From positions 1 to 36,770 of the forward strand of contig JALDZS010000218.1 in NCBI GenBank assembly GCA_022813965.1: a stretch of 36,770 bases of DNA, written 5' to 3'. A program made the translations under genes and the position numbers. Origin of the DNA: Toensbergia leucococca. Taxonomy: Eukaryota. The notes below the pieces were generated by a model. It did not search any database. It was not told the DNA's origin and saw only the letters and a list, made by a program, of their open reading frames with translations. Shown here piece after piece: positions 23,851-35,240 of the stretch. Position 1 is the first letter of the stretch; each line of letters opens with the position of its first letter.

Positions 23851-25639
23851 GGAGCGATTTGCAAAGACTTGAGATAGACCGAGTCAAACGAAGCTTGTTG
23901 GTACAATCAAACTGGTACAACCAAGCTGGAGAGAGGCGACAGCCAGGTCGGACTAGTGTTTAGGAGAAGCGACAGCAAAGCTCAAGGTTTCCTGCAGGCA
24001 TGAGCAGTTGAAAGGTTTGGCAAGTGTAACGGTTTGAAGGGGTCGAGGCGGGGTATTTGTGGCAAGAGCTCACCTCACAATCGGGGTCGGGCAGCAGTGT
24101 GGTGATGGCGGCCGAATATTGTGACGTTCTGGGCGATTGCGCCTCGGTGTTAGGGTATACCCGTTGTTCCGTCCAAGGGCTCATCCAACTGCGAGAGTGA
24201 GAGTGGAGAGGTGATTCGGAGTAGTGATATGCCCTCTTGCACCAAGGGCATGACAAAGCGACGACACGGAGGGCCGATGGATGTGATGGCGCGAGGAGTG
24301 TCAAGTGCCGGCGCATCGCAAGGCTTTCGTCGACGTCGGCGTCTGACACGCCATAGGCTCGTTGGGCACATGATGAGGAAGCGTCGTAATTGCCTACAGT
24401 CAATTGGAATTAATTGCATTGAGATGAGTAATGACTTGTTCCAGTGTTCGCATGGAGGAGCTGAATCTATTGTTGATCGAATCAGCCGCGGGTTTGGCCT
24501 GTTCCTCATGATGTTCACGTTGGATTGGTAGTGGAGGCTTGGCATATTCTAACTCGCATGGGGCCCACAATCCACACGCGACGCTGACTGCATAAAAGGG
24601 AAGGGCAGCAACGACGCTCTCAGCGATTGCGCGGCTCTTGACAGGTTGCGAGGACAATTGAAGGATGGAGAAGCAAGCGGCTCAAGCTTACCTTATGAGC
24701 TTGCCCTCTTTCCTTATCTGCGGAGAACAGGAGTCCAGCCCCCGCATTCTTGAGGTCTTGGCATGCAGGGAACACACGGCTCATCTCGTCTCAAGGGACT
24801 TTGTATTTCCAAATGCGGTCGAGTAAGATAAGTTGGATCGACTCGTCTTATGCTGTGAAACATTGGCCCTACCACTACCACCCTTACTTGCCATGAATCA
24901 ATTGCCCTTCATCACTTCTAAGACTTTCTTGACGCCTTTCTCTAAGCGCCCACGCTAATAATCAGCTGTATGAGGAAGGTAAAGTAGCACTAGGTATGAA
25001 TAAGCAACAGACAAGCTCATGAGATACTTTGTCATCTGCGACTCTGTTCAACGCAGTCTCATCTACACAATTGATCAAACTGTTCTCTCATGTTGTAAAA
25101 TCATCTCATGTAAGAGAAGTGAAATGCTGCATCAGATATGAATAATTTAAAGTTTCTCTTTTCTTCATGAAAAACATCAGTCTGTCTCAGCACTACGCAG
25201 ATGTAGGGCCCGAGTTAGAGTCTGGAACGGCGCGAGGGCGGAATCTACATGGCATCCACAATCGATTGCCGTCTTCGAACAAATTCATCTCTCTCTTCCA
25301 TTCGCGCAAAGCCCAAAAAAACCCTTGTTCCTCTCCCTCCCAATCAGGAAATAAAAGACTTCCAATCAATCTACCAATCCCAAAGCTATATGAGCAAAAG
25401 CATAGCGTCGCTAAGGTTTTGAAAACATTAGCGACGCGACACCAATTGGTCAGTCAATTTACCATGATGAAAACAAAGAGGCCGTCGAGCTGGACGTTAA
25501 ACGTAGCTGTCCTTACGATTCAAGATCGATGATAGGCCTGTGCCATCTCTACTCTTTGACCTGATTCTACAAGGATAGATACGACAACCCTTCTCCCCGG
25601 GCTGTCGCCGCCCCGATGACTCAAAACTAATCCCCCTTC

Positions 25640-26340
25640 CATGTCAACACAAGATATCCTCATTGAAGTCTCAATATTGACATGTATTCATGGCTCAGTA
25701 CGGTATATGACATCTATTGTGACTTCAATAGCGACGTCCTCAATCAGTTTTCATCATTGTATCAATACTTCAGAATGCTAGTACCCTTTCGCCCCTCAAG
25801 GGGAGCTATCAGGTGATATCTTCTCTACGGTCCTTGATCGATAGATTCCCTGAGATTTTTTGATTTTTTAAGTTTATGAGTATTCTTGAGTCTCAGTGAG
25901 ACAATCTCACTTGAGCATGTTCAGTTTATCTGACAGACAATACTTTCATCAACGGCTCTCTGTCACAGTAGGGAGGAATAAGGAGTCTATCTATGAATAG
26001 GCGTCAGTGCAATACCTTTACTCCCTACAGGTTCCACGCGTTAGACTATTGTCACTGAAGGGGGGCTGAAAAGATGGTTGAGAGCAGAGAAGAGGTGATC
26101 TCTGTGATCATCTATCAATTTGTTGAGCCTATATAATCTGACAATTCTTGACTGATAATAGGAAAGCAGGTCTGATAATCGGAAGGGATTGATGGGTCCC
26201 CCTGAAGGTGATTCTTCTTAGAGGAATCTGTCAATTATTTATGACTATGGGTGAGTGTATATGGTTGTCAGTCTGAGCCTCTGATGTCACCTTTGTATGT
26301 CTGCTATAGTGTCATATTTACACGACCTCTTGTAAAACAA
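25640..26340. other. AT-enriched, CpG-poor, ORF-less degenerate segment
   Basis: No ORF of 60 aa or more; many TGA/TCA triplets; origin (gene or TE relic) not determinable. Confidence 0.3.
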
Positions 26341-27191
26341 TAAAAACAAACTCCTGCCCGATGGAAACAAAGAGAGTTGATCACATTTCAAAATGAGTCG
26401 CTTTTCAAGGGTTGAAAAGAGTATGGTAAGGAGCCGGCCTTTTACAGTTACCTAATTCCTCATTTTCAAATCTTGCTCATGACGTTCAAGGGTGCAAAAC
26501 AGCGAAGAGCTCAAGTCAGACTAGCCGCAGAAGCATGGATACGCTTTCTTTGATTGAGAGGAAAGATGGTGGATTTCATGTCTGAAACCTCGGTTTTCCT
26601 GAGGTAGGGTGGTCTGCGGAGAGTGTTCTTTGTTATTGGACGTTGACTACTAAGTCTCTGTTTTAGCTGATTTTCATTTATCTTGGGAAAGAGCCGAAAG
26701 TCTGTAAATGGGTTGGCTGAAAGGGTAGAAGACGAATACGTGAGACGCTCTATAGTAAATGAGATAGTTCGCCTGCTTTAGACTGGGAGGCTACCATGTG
26801 GACGCTTCATTTGACATAGCACTGACGCCATTAAGTGAGGGATATGATCTCGTGGACCATAAAGCCGTTTATATCAATGTAATCGTCGTTATTACTCTTA
26901 TATAAACTTAGCTCCCAGAGGAACCTACATCCCCTAACTATTCAACACCACGACACGTACCAGCAAGACTCTTTTTAGACTAAGCTCCACCTTCAGCAAC
27001 CTTTATACCACCTTCTCAATTCAGAGTCAGTCAAGCGCATCACCGAGATTGAAATCCACTCACCGCATCAAAGAACCCCAGCAACCATAGCAGGCTTTCC
27101 CACGGAACCTTCCAGTCTCCCATGGAACCTACCAGTCTCCCATCAATAGGACTCAGAAAGCAACACCGAAAAGCTCGCACCAAGCCTACCC

Positions 27192-27706
27192 TCAAAAATC
27201 CAACAAAAGCTGCGGCGCCAGCTTCTCCAGATCTTCAACCTACCTCCCCTCCCATTAGCACATCAGCACTCGCATCCCGCACCTCAAGAACAACATACCT
27301 CCAAAAATTCCCCTCCCCCCTCCCTCTCAAACGCCGCCCTAGCAATCGCCTCCCTTACAAAAGTTTCCACATACTTTCCCAATAATACCCCTGCATCCTT
27401 CCCAATCCTCGTGCGGTCTTGATCCTCAAAATGGTGATGTAGGAGTCTGGTAAGAAGCTTGGGAGGGATGATTGGGGGAGCGTCGTTCGCGGGATTAGGG
27501 ACGGCGGTTGAGGAGGTGGTGGCGGTGGGTGCAGGGTCGGGCGAGGAGGAAGATGATGGGGAGGAGGAGAAAGAGGGAGGTTTTGCGGGGGCAGATTTGC
27601 GTCGTGGAGGGGCGGTGGGTTTGGGAGCGGCATGCGAGGCGGGGCGAGGGGGTTTGAAGGACGGCGGTTTGCGTTTGATTGGTTGGGCGGTGCGGGAGGG
27701 TGGCAT
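27192..27706 (-). CDS. MHF2: Centromere protein X (CENP-X/MHF2) histone-fold protein, ~151 aa
   Basis: Exons 27706-27299 and 27239-27192; intron 27240-27298. Motif: IPPKLLTRLLHHHF..TRIGKDA..KYVETFVREAIARA..FLE|VEDLEKLAPQLLLDF*. The start codon choice is uncertain. Confidence 0.9.
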
Positions 27707-28160
27707 TCTTTTTCCGCTGGGTGGGGAGGCGGAGGAGTTGACTCTTTGACTGTTTTGTGGAGACGAAGGCACCAAAGGAGTCTGTTATTATCGCGCTAAT
27801 GATATAAATAAGGTAATTTACTGCGCGCCTGCGGCGCCATTAATAGCAATTAGACACGGATACGGAGTAGGGTTTCCTGAATGTATATTATTCTACTGAA
27901 AATGATCAAACCTCCCAGATTTTGGATTTTGATTTTCATGTCGCAAAATTGTCATTCTGCCATCAAATCTTCCAGTCTTGCACTCAGTCACATGCCCATT
28001 TCTGGGGGAGACGGATGAAGCAGGTTCTGCAGACATCTACCAAGTGCCAAATCTCAGTATTGATTTACCTAGACACTGGAATCGGGCATGGTAATGTCGA
28101 AAAACAACTTCCGTTCCAGTTTATCTCTATTCTCGCTTCAGACTTCCCACCACCCATCCA

Positions 28161-28756
28161 CTACGAAGTCTCATTCTCCATTTCCCCCGCCCCATACGCA
28201 CCTCCCTTGCTCCCCCTCGTCCCCGCCAAATCACCTTCCTCCTTCTCAAGACCTCTCTGACTCTCCTGAGCCCTCTCATCAACCCCCATGTTCCCACTCG
28301 GAGCTCCACTAGTGCCCACGCCCACTAATCCCCCCTCTCTCTCCTTACCCTCATTGCTTGTCTGGCCCTGCAATGGCTTTCCTTGCCCGGCATACACGTC
28401 CCCGGACGTAGCTCCACTCAACGTATCTGACGCGGTGGTCTGGATGCTTTCCTTGCCATGAGAGCGCAGCACATCGGGGTTATTTGCTTGAGAGGGAACT
28501 TCGTTGTCGGGCTGAGGCTTGAATGTGCGATCGGCGGGTGCGGTGCCAGGTGGGAGGGTTTCGGCGTGGAAGGAGGGGGCGGCGTCGTTACCGACTAGGA
28601 CGCCGGGTTTGTGCTGAATCGAGTCAGTTGTGAGTGTTACAGGTGGCTTGAGAATGTGAGAGACTTTACGCCATGGGTGGTCAAGGGCTCATCGCGAGGA
28701 ACGTGGGGATGAAATTCTCCTTGTTTATTCGTCTTGTCTGCTGCGTTGTGACTCAT
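28161..28756 (-). CDS. Small hydrophilic Gly-rich fungal protein of unknown function, ~179 aa
   Basis: Exons 28756-28670 and 28613-28161; intron 28614-28669. Sequence GEFHPHVPRDEPLTTHG|HKPGVLVGNDAAPSFHAETLPPGTAP..DTLSGATSGDVYAGQGKPLQGQTS resembles a conserved Pezizomycotina hypothetical family. Confidence 0.8.
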
Positions 28757-29244
28757 GATGAGTCTAGAACTTGGTGGGCTGAAGGCTTCTGGTGTATTTC
28801 TTTGTGTATTTGGGGCGAAGGAAGTTGTCTATGATATGAAGATTGAGCGATGAGTGGGTACAATATGATAGCTGCGTGAATTTTATCTGGATAGTGGGGT
28901 GGATGAGACGTCATCATAATGAAATACCACCACACGTACATGATCAAACACGCGACACGCGATAAGCGAGATCCCCCTAGCCCTAATTCTCCTTGAGTGC
29001 CGGAGCTCCATCGACTGTTCTCTGGTTGACGGGTCAGAAGTATGTTCTTCGCCATCTTGGCCAGTTGAGCATGTTAGTCGATACCTTGGTCTAACCATGC
29101 ATTGAAGACCATAGGATGAAGCAGAGAACCTCCCTAGGTAGCAAGATGGGAGATGCTTCACCTTTCAATCTCTTGAAATTAACAACTTCGAGTGCAGTGC
29201 ACCACTCGAGGAATTTGAATCTTGATTATTAGATGGGTCCTCCA

Positions 29245-30980
29245 TCATTGAAATCCTTGCCATTCATCTTCTGCGTCTAATTCTTGTGGATGGGACTCGG
29301 GAGCCTCTAGATAAAGGGGATGTACAGTAGGCTCTATGTGATCGTCTCTCACAAAAGTCGCAACAAAGAACCCTTGAGTACCCTCGTTGGTTCCCTTTCT
29401 GCACCGAATACAAGCCTCCGCCACCTCTTCTATCGACTGCGTAGCTTTGATGAGATTTTCCTGACATGCTGATACAACTCCTCTAATGTCCCAAGCTTTC
29501 ATTCCCGAAACCTGCTCATTCCGCCGTAAAATACGCCATTTTTGGTATTTTGCTATTGATGAGCTCAAAGCTTTGCACACTACCTCTTCATTCTCTTGTG
29601 TGTAGATAGAGCAGGTAGAATAGGCTATCTTGCGTGCTCGTGGAAATTGAAAAGCATGAAGGATGAGTTTCAGCTGAAAGGCAGATAGTGCTTCTAGACG
29701 AGATTGAAGCACGTTCTCGTCCTGAACAGACAATGCTGGAGGTACATGTGAGTTCGATGTGGGGTTTTCGCGTTTCGTCATGTCTTTACGCTTCCGTTTC
29801 TTTGTTTTACTATCCATGGATTCCCCTACATCCTTCCTCGGCAGAATTATAGGAGTCATTCCCTCACGTCCAACGATCCCGCTTCCGGAGCAGCTTGGAT
29901 CTAGTAAAAGAGATCCAACTTCATCCCAAGGTGCCATTTCAGGTTTCAACTTCAGAAAATCCTGTCCCACCTTTATGGTAACGTTCTCATCTGCTCCTGC
30001 AACTTTAATCATCGACCTTAAAGTCATGGCCCGAGCTGTGTCCCGCTCGCAAGCGAATATTTTTTGTTGGTGTGTACCAACGTTTAAAGTTTTGAGAATT
30101 GCGGCTAGGTGAGTTGTCTTGTTGCCTGGAGCGGCGCATGCATCCAAACAATGCCCGTCTTTCTGGTTAGGGTCCAGAAGGTAAGCTGGAAAGCATGAGG
30201 CTTTGTCTTGAAAGATAATCAAACCTTTCGAGTATGCAGCTGTTGAGGAGAGGCTGGCGTCCGGTGGTAATGCTAGAAGATTTGGGATATGTTTGTCAAC
30301 GTACAAACGTTCATTCGAATTAATGCTAGAAGTCTGTTGAAGAAGCTGCTCCACAGTTTCCATCTTTCGGTAACCCACAAAAGTTGTGGCCAGTTGCTCA
30401 TCTAAGTCCGTTTTCAAAGTGTTGATGCGAACCCATCGCGGATGAGGCCACTGTCCATCTGCGTATTCGCTCTTTGAAGAGTCAATGTCATTGACGTCGT
30501 TCTGTACGGGACGGTCGTGTCCAGATTCATTATTGAGGAAGTTTCGAAGCGCATCAATAGAAGGGCAGCCCCTTCTAAGCCTTGCTTTTGTGAGCTCTGC
30601 AGTGAGCCTCGCTTTGTGTTTGGTAATGGCCAATGTCAGAACATGTGATGGGTTTGCGGCAAGGCCTTTCTTAGATAGCAGGAGGTCGTGTACTAGAAGC
30701 AGGGCAAGACTTGGGGTAAGCTGTATCATCACACCTTGTGGGTCAGTCAGTACTTTCCCACTCAGTAGAAGCACGGAAGTACCTTTCTTTCAAGTTGTAA
30801 GATGTGTGACCTCTCGAGGACTTCTGCTAAAATGAGACTCCATTTGGAGGCCTCTGTCACCAAAGCAAAGAGCTGTGGGGCGGATGATTTTGTCTCGGTA
30901 CCGAAGACATTAGATTTCAAGGAACCATGAGCATTCGCAACGTTCTCAAGTATGCCTGCAGCTTCGTAGTACAAGGACAT
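29245..30980 (-). CDS. RCM1: 25S rRNA m5C methyltransferase, NOL1/NOP2/Sun family (Rcm1/NSUN5), ~557 aa
   Basis: Exons 30980-30783 and 30720-29245; intron 30721-30782. Motifs: MSLYYEAA start, HPRWVRINTLK, IFQDKASCFPA, LDACAAPGNKTTHLAA, LLDPSCSGSG, YSTCSI..ENE, GFFVA. Confidence 0.93.
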
Positions 30981-31169
30981 TGCATTGATGCAAGTCTTAA
31001 TGATCTGGTGACGAAAGGTAAGTCGATGGAGCGAGATTGAGATACTTAAAACAGCCGCGAGCTGGCAGGAGTGGCGCCGAAGTAGAATATTATAAATAAG
31101 CGCCCAGAAGAAAAGATGGCTTAAATAACAATCAGACCACGGCTATTCAATCTCCATCATGCGCTACCC

Positions 31170-31640
31170 TCTCAAAACTTCATTCTCACTTTTAAGATCA
31201 TCTCATAAATTAAAACAACGCTCATGAATTCTCAATGATCAGCATATCAATGCATTTCAAAGAAGCTTAAATGTTATAAAGTTTAGATCTTACAGATTAA
31301 GAATGACACTGTGTTCAAGTTAACACTCACTTTAAAAACAGTTTATATAACTTAATATTTCACCCTGACAATAGATAGAATGAATCAGATCTAACTAAAA
31401 AAAGTTTTTCATAATAAATTTAGTGAATTTGAAGGGGTTCACAGCTGAGTAAGTATTGCATCATCAGCATCTAATAGTAATGCAGACAAGAAATCATTCA
31501 AAGAAGTGAGCTGATTCTGATTTGTGTAGAAACTTATTTGATAAGTGATCAATGACTGATCAATGTGCTCATCAGTTGTCAGATCCTTTGTGAATAACCC
31601 TCAGCCTCAAGATCAAAAATATATGACTCAAAGGGGGTGA
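31170..31640. other. AT-rich, CpG-depleted island between the housekeeping block and the NLR locus
   Basis: Almost no CG, abundant TCA/TGA and A/T tracts, no credible ORF. Confidence 0.5.
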
Positions 31641-32330
31641 GTTTTTCAGTGCTTTCTCTTGGCTGCCTAATCAGGTTTAGCTCAGGGGTTGTGTTGAAGC
31701 CATGATTGAGGCGTGGGACTTGTTGTGAGAATGTTGGAAGCCTTCCAATGTCACATCCTTTAGCGTATTTCAATATGCTGAGCCCGCGACCAAGAAAGGT
31801 AGTTCTCCGTCCTTTCTCTGTGTAAATCTCAGCCTTACCCCGCCGCGGCTGCCTGCATCCATCTTCTTTTTCCATCTGCTTCCATCTCCCGTATCGCATC
31901 TTCTTCCATCCCTATCCTTCTTTTTGATCTATTTTTTCGTCACTGCTCTCATTTTCGCAACGACCGTAAGTGGGATCCTTTGACCTGAGAAAGAGTTCAC
32001 TACTGAATGAGGCGACGTGGAGCCAGACTGATAAATGCCTCAATCGCAAAGTCTTTTACTTTCTCCATAACCTGAACTTCTCAGTTACAGCACCATACTC
32101 GCTTCTCAAACTTCTTGATGGAGCCTCAAAAGTTCTTTGCTACTGTACCTCCGTGACCGTTTTCCTCACAAGCACTTGCTCCGTACATAGAATTGTGGTT
32201 GATAGAGTCCCGCATTTTCTACGAATACCTACTCTAAAAGTCATTGTTCTCCTCAAGGCCTTTCGGACCTGACTTCTCGGGTACCTGATCAGGCTTGATT
32301 TTGGGAAACAGCCGTGGCTCGTCCAAGACC

Positions 32331-35075
32331 ATGGCCGATCCGCTGAGCATCATCGGAGCGATTGCGGCCATTCTTCAGGTCAGCTCAGTAGTCGTTGATC
32401 TGGTCAAAACGGTAAAAGGCGCATCTAGCGATCGACAGAAGCTCCTCGCCGAGATCAACGCCACAACTGGTTTCTGCCAGATCTTGAAAGGTTACGCCGA
32501 GCTGGATGCAGATGCATGGATGAAGACCTTTCAAACTTTATGTGCAAGTGGTGAAGGGCCGTTGGAATAATTCCAAGGGAGCCTCAAGTACCTGCAAAAG
32601 AAGCTGACACATGGGCAGAAGGGACTTGCTAGCCGTCAATCCGATGGCCGTTGGGCTCCAGCGGGAAGAACGCAGATCAAATCTTGGGTACAATCGCTCA
32701 AATGGCCATTTACCGAAGACGAGATAAAAGACGTGCTCGCAGATATTGAGCGGCAGAAAGGTCTTTTTCACATTGCTTTGACAAATGACAGCCTTCGACT
32801 ATCTACGGCAATCTATGACGAAGTCGGTAAAATCAACAAAGGAGTTAATAACGTCCATAATTACTAGAAAGATGAGAAGCGAAAGAACCTCCTGTCCCGG
32901 TTGAATACAATTAACTTTGACGCCACTCACGGCGACGTTTCGTCCCGTCAAGCGCACGGAACGGGCCAGTGGCTGCTTGAATCCAATGAATTTGAATCTT
33001 GGCTAGGATCCGTTACCAACGTAACTTTATGGTGTCGAGGTATACCTGGAGCTGGCAAAACAGTTCTGACAAGTATCATCCTAGATCGACTGTACTCATT
33101 GAAGGGAAATGATCTGTCAATCGGCGTGGCCGGTGTTTACTGCAGCTATCGAGATCCGCAGGCCGTAACGAACCTCTTCGGGAGCGTGCTGCAACAGCTC
33201 GCCGAGTCGTTAAAAAATATTCCGTTTTCAATACCTGAGGACAAGCCACTCTCCATGAAGACCGTTTTAGAAGCACTGTTGACTATAACTTCTTCCTATC
33301 AGCAAGTGTTTATAGTATTCGACGCTCTAGACGAGTGTGCAAACCGCCTTGAGCTATTGAAAGAGCTAGGTAAGCTCCTACAGGCAGTTTCCAGTAAGTC
33401 TGCTCCTCCAACTTCATCGTGCTCCAATATACCTCCGCCATCTACGGCATGGAACCCTTACTTTTACTTTACCGTCTCATTGCCTTCGCGATGCGTGTAC
33501 CAGATTGAAGTAGTTGTAGCTGACCACTCACCCTCAGACACTAGACTCCGCATCCTCATTACTAGCAGATCAGGTATCACTGACATCGAGCGCAGCATCA
33601 AAGCTGATATTCGAGTTGAGATCCGCAGCAACGAAAATGATGTGCGACTTTACTTACAAAACGCATTGCGTGATCAGGAGCTTCTGTCAGATTGGATACT
33701 GGAGAGCCCCGAATTTGAAACGTCCATTTTCGAAGCCATCCTACCTCGATTGTCGGGTATGTTTCTTCTAGCACGCCTTTACATAGATCTTTTAGCTCAA
33801 ATCCCTACCAAGAAAGGCGTACGCAAGGCGCTGAAGACACTTCCCAAGGGCATATACGACACGTACGCTGAAGCTTAGGATAGAATCTGCGCGCAAAAAC
33901 CGGAGCAGGTAAAGCTAGCTAAAAAGGTACTTTCGTGGATTGTCTGCGCGTCTCATACGCTCACAGTTGAAGAATTGCAATATGGTATTGCCGTCGAAGA
34001 AGGCGAAGAGTTTGACTCTGATGGGCTAGTCAGTATTCGTAATTTAACATCCTATTGCGCCGGCCTTGTCGTCATTGACGAACGAAGTGGCCTGGTGAGC
34101 CTGGTACATCCAACGACTAATGAGTACTTCGTCAAACACAAGGACGTTCTTCTTCCTGCGGCAGATGATTTGATCGCAGTTGCCTGTACGACCTATCTAC
34201 TGATGCATCCTCTGAGCAGTGAAGGAGCGTGTTTGAAACTTGACGAATTCATCCAGCGATACAATCAACATCCGTTACTCGGATATGCAGCCGTCAATTG
34301 GGGATCGCACGTCCGGCTTTCTGCCAATCAGGAAAGTCTGAGACTATCTCGTCGCTTGCTAAAGGATCAGCGAGCTCGATCTGCCGTCGCTCAAGCTCTC
34401 ATCTTGAATGCGGCGAGGGGTAAATGGAACATCCCAGAATGGCCCGAGTTGTCCGGTACGCACATTGACGCAGAAGAATTGACTGCGTTTGAAAACTCGA
34501 AAAAGTTTGTTGGTGCACTACATCTAGCCTCTTATTTCGGGCTCACGGAGATTGTACAAAGTCTGCTTGAGGATGATAACAAGATCAATGAATTGGATGG
34601 CATGGGAGGAACAGCAGTCCACTGGGCAATCCTAGGCAACCAGAATGACTCATTGAGGCTTTTACTTGAGCGCGGGGCGAACGTAGATGTCATGAGAGAA
34701 CGGTGCCATCTCCGCCGATGGACAACGCTAGATTGGGACGCGCTTAACTTTCCACTTCGTATTGCTGCTTGGCAAGACAATACGGAGGCGCTCCGACTCC
34801 TCCAAAGCAACGGAGCAATCGATCATGAAATCATATCTTCACATTCTATCAATGTGAGTGCTTTGAGCTTAGCTCTCCACGAACAGCATAATGCTGCCGC
34901 AATTTTCCTTTTAAGGAACCGCGCCGGTGCTCAGCTTCACATTAACGACTTTTGTTTATTGTTAATGAAGGGGACTGTAGAAATGTTGAGAGTAGCCATA
35001 GATACTGAATTACTCACGGCTCGCGTTGTGGCCTTAAAGTCAATGCTCTCAATGATTGAGACTAATACCTACTAA
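32331..35075 (+). pseudogene. Fungal NLR (STAND) gene: SesA/HeLo-like N-terminal helical domain, NACHT, winged helix, ankyrin repeats; three premature stops
   Basis: MADPLSIIGAIAAILQ..LKWPFTEDEIKDVLADIERQK N-terminus; GTGQWLL; Walker A GIPGAGKT; Walker B VFIVFDALDEC; LITSR; MFLLARL; LVHPTTNEYF; ankyrins GALHLASYFG and TAVHWAILG. One frame with stops TAA 32568, TAG 32865 and TAG 33876. Intron 33394-33537. Confidence 0.9.
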
Positions 35076-35240
35076 GGCCGTTGCCGCGTTACACGAGAAT
35101 GAAAGATCCACAGTCACCATAGTCTTGACACTCTCGATTCAATAACAAACAATCCAGATCGCCCCAACACTACCCTCTGCCAGTTCACCGCACCTCGCTG
35201 AACGAAAGATAGCGAATCCCCTCCATCCACTCCATCATAT

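Noticed and set aside
5984..30835. Long antisense ORFs over real genes (e.g. 5984-6469, 7641-8135, 18396-18863, 22105-22752, 29759-30112)
   Set aside because: Shadow frames of well-supported opposite-strand genes.
32331..33878. A-to-I editing rescue of the NLR stops
   Set aside because: Two of the three stops appear to be at Gln positions and one is TAA, so editing to Trp would not restore the ancestral residues; RIP is simpler.
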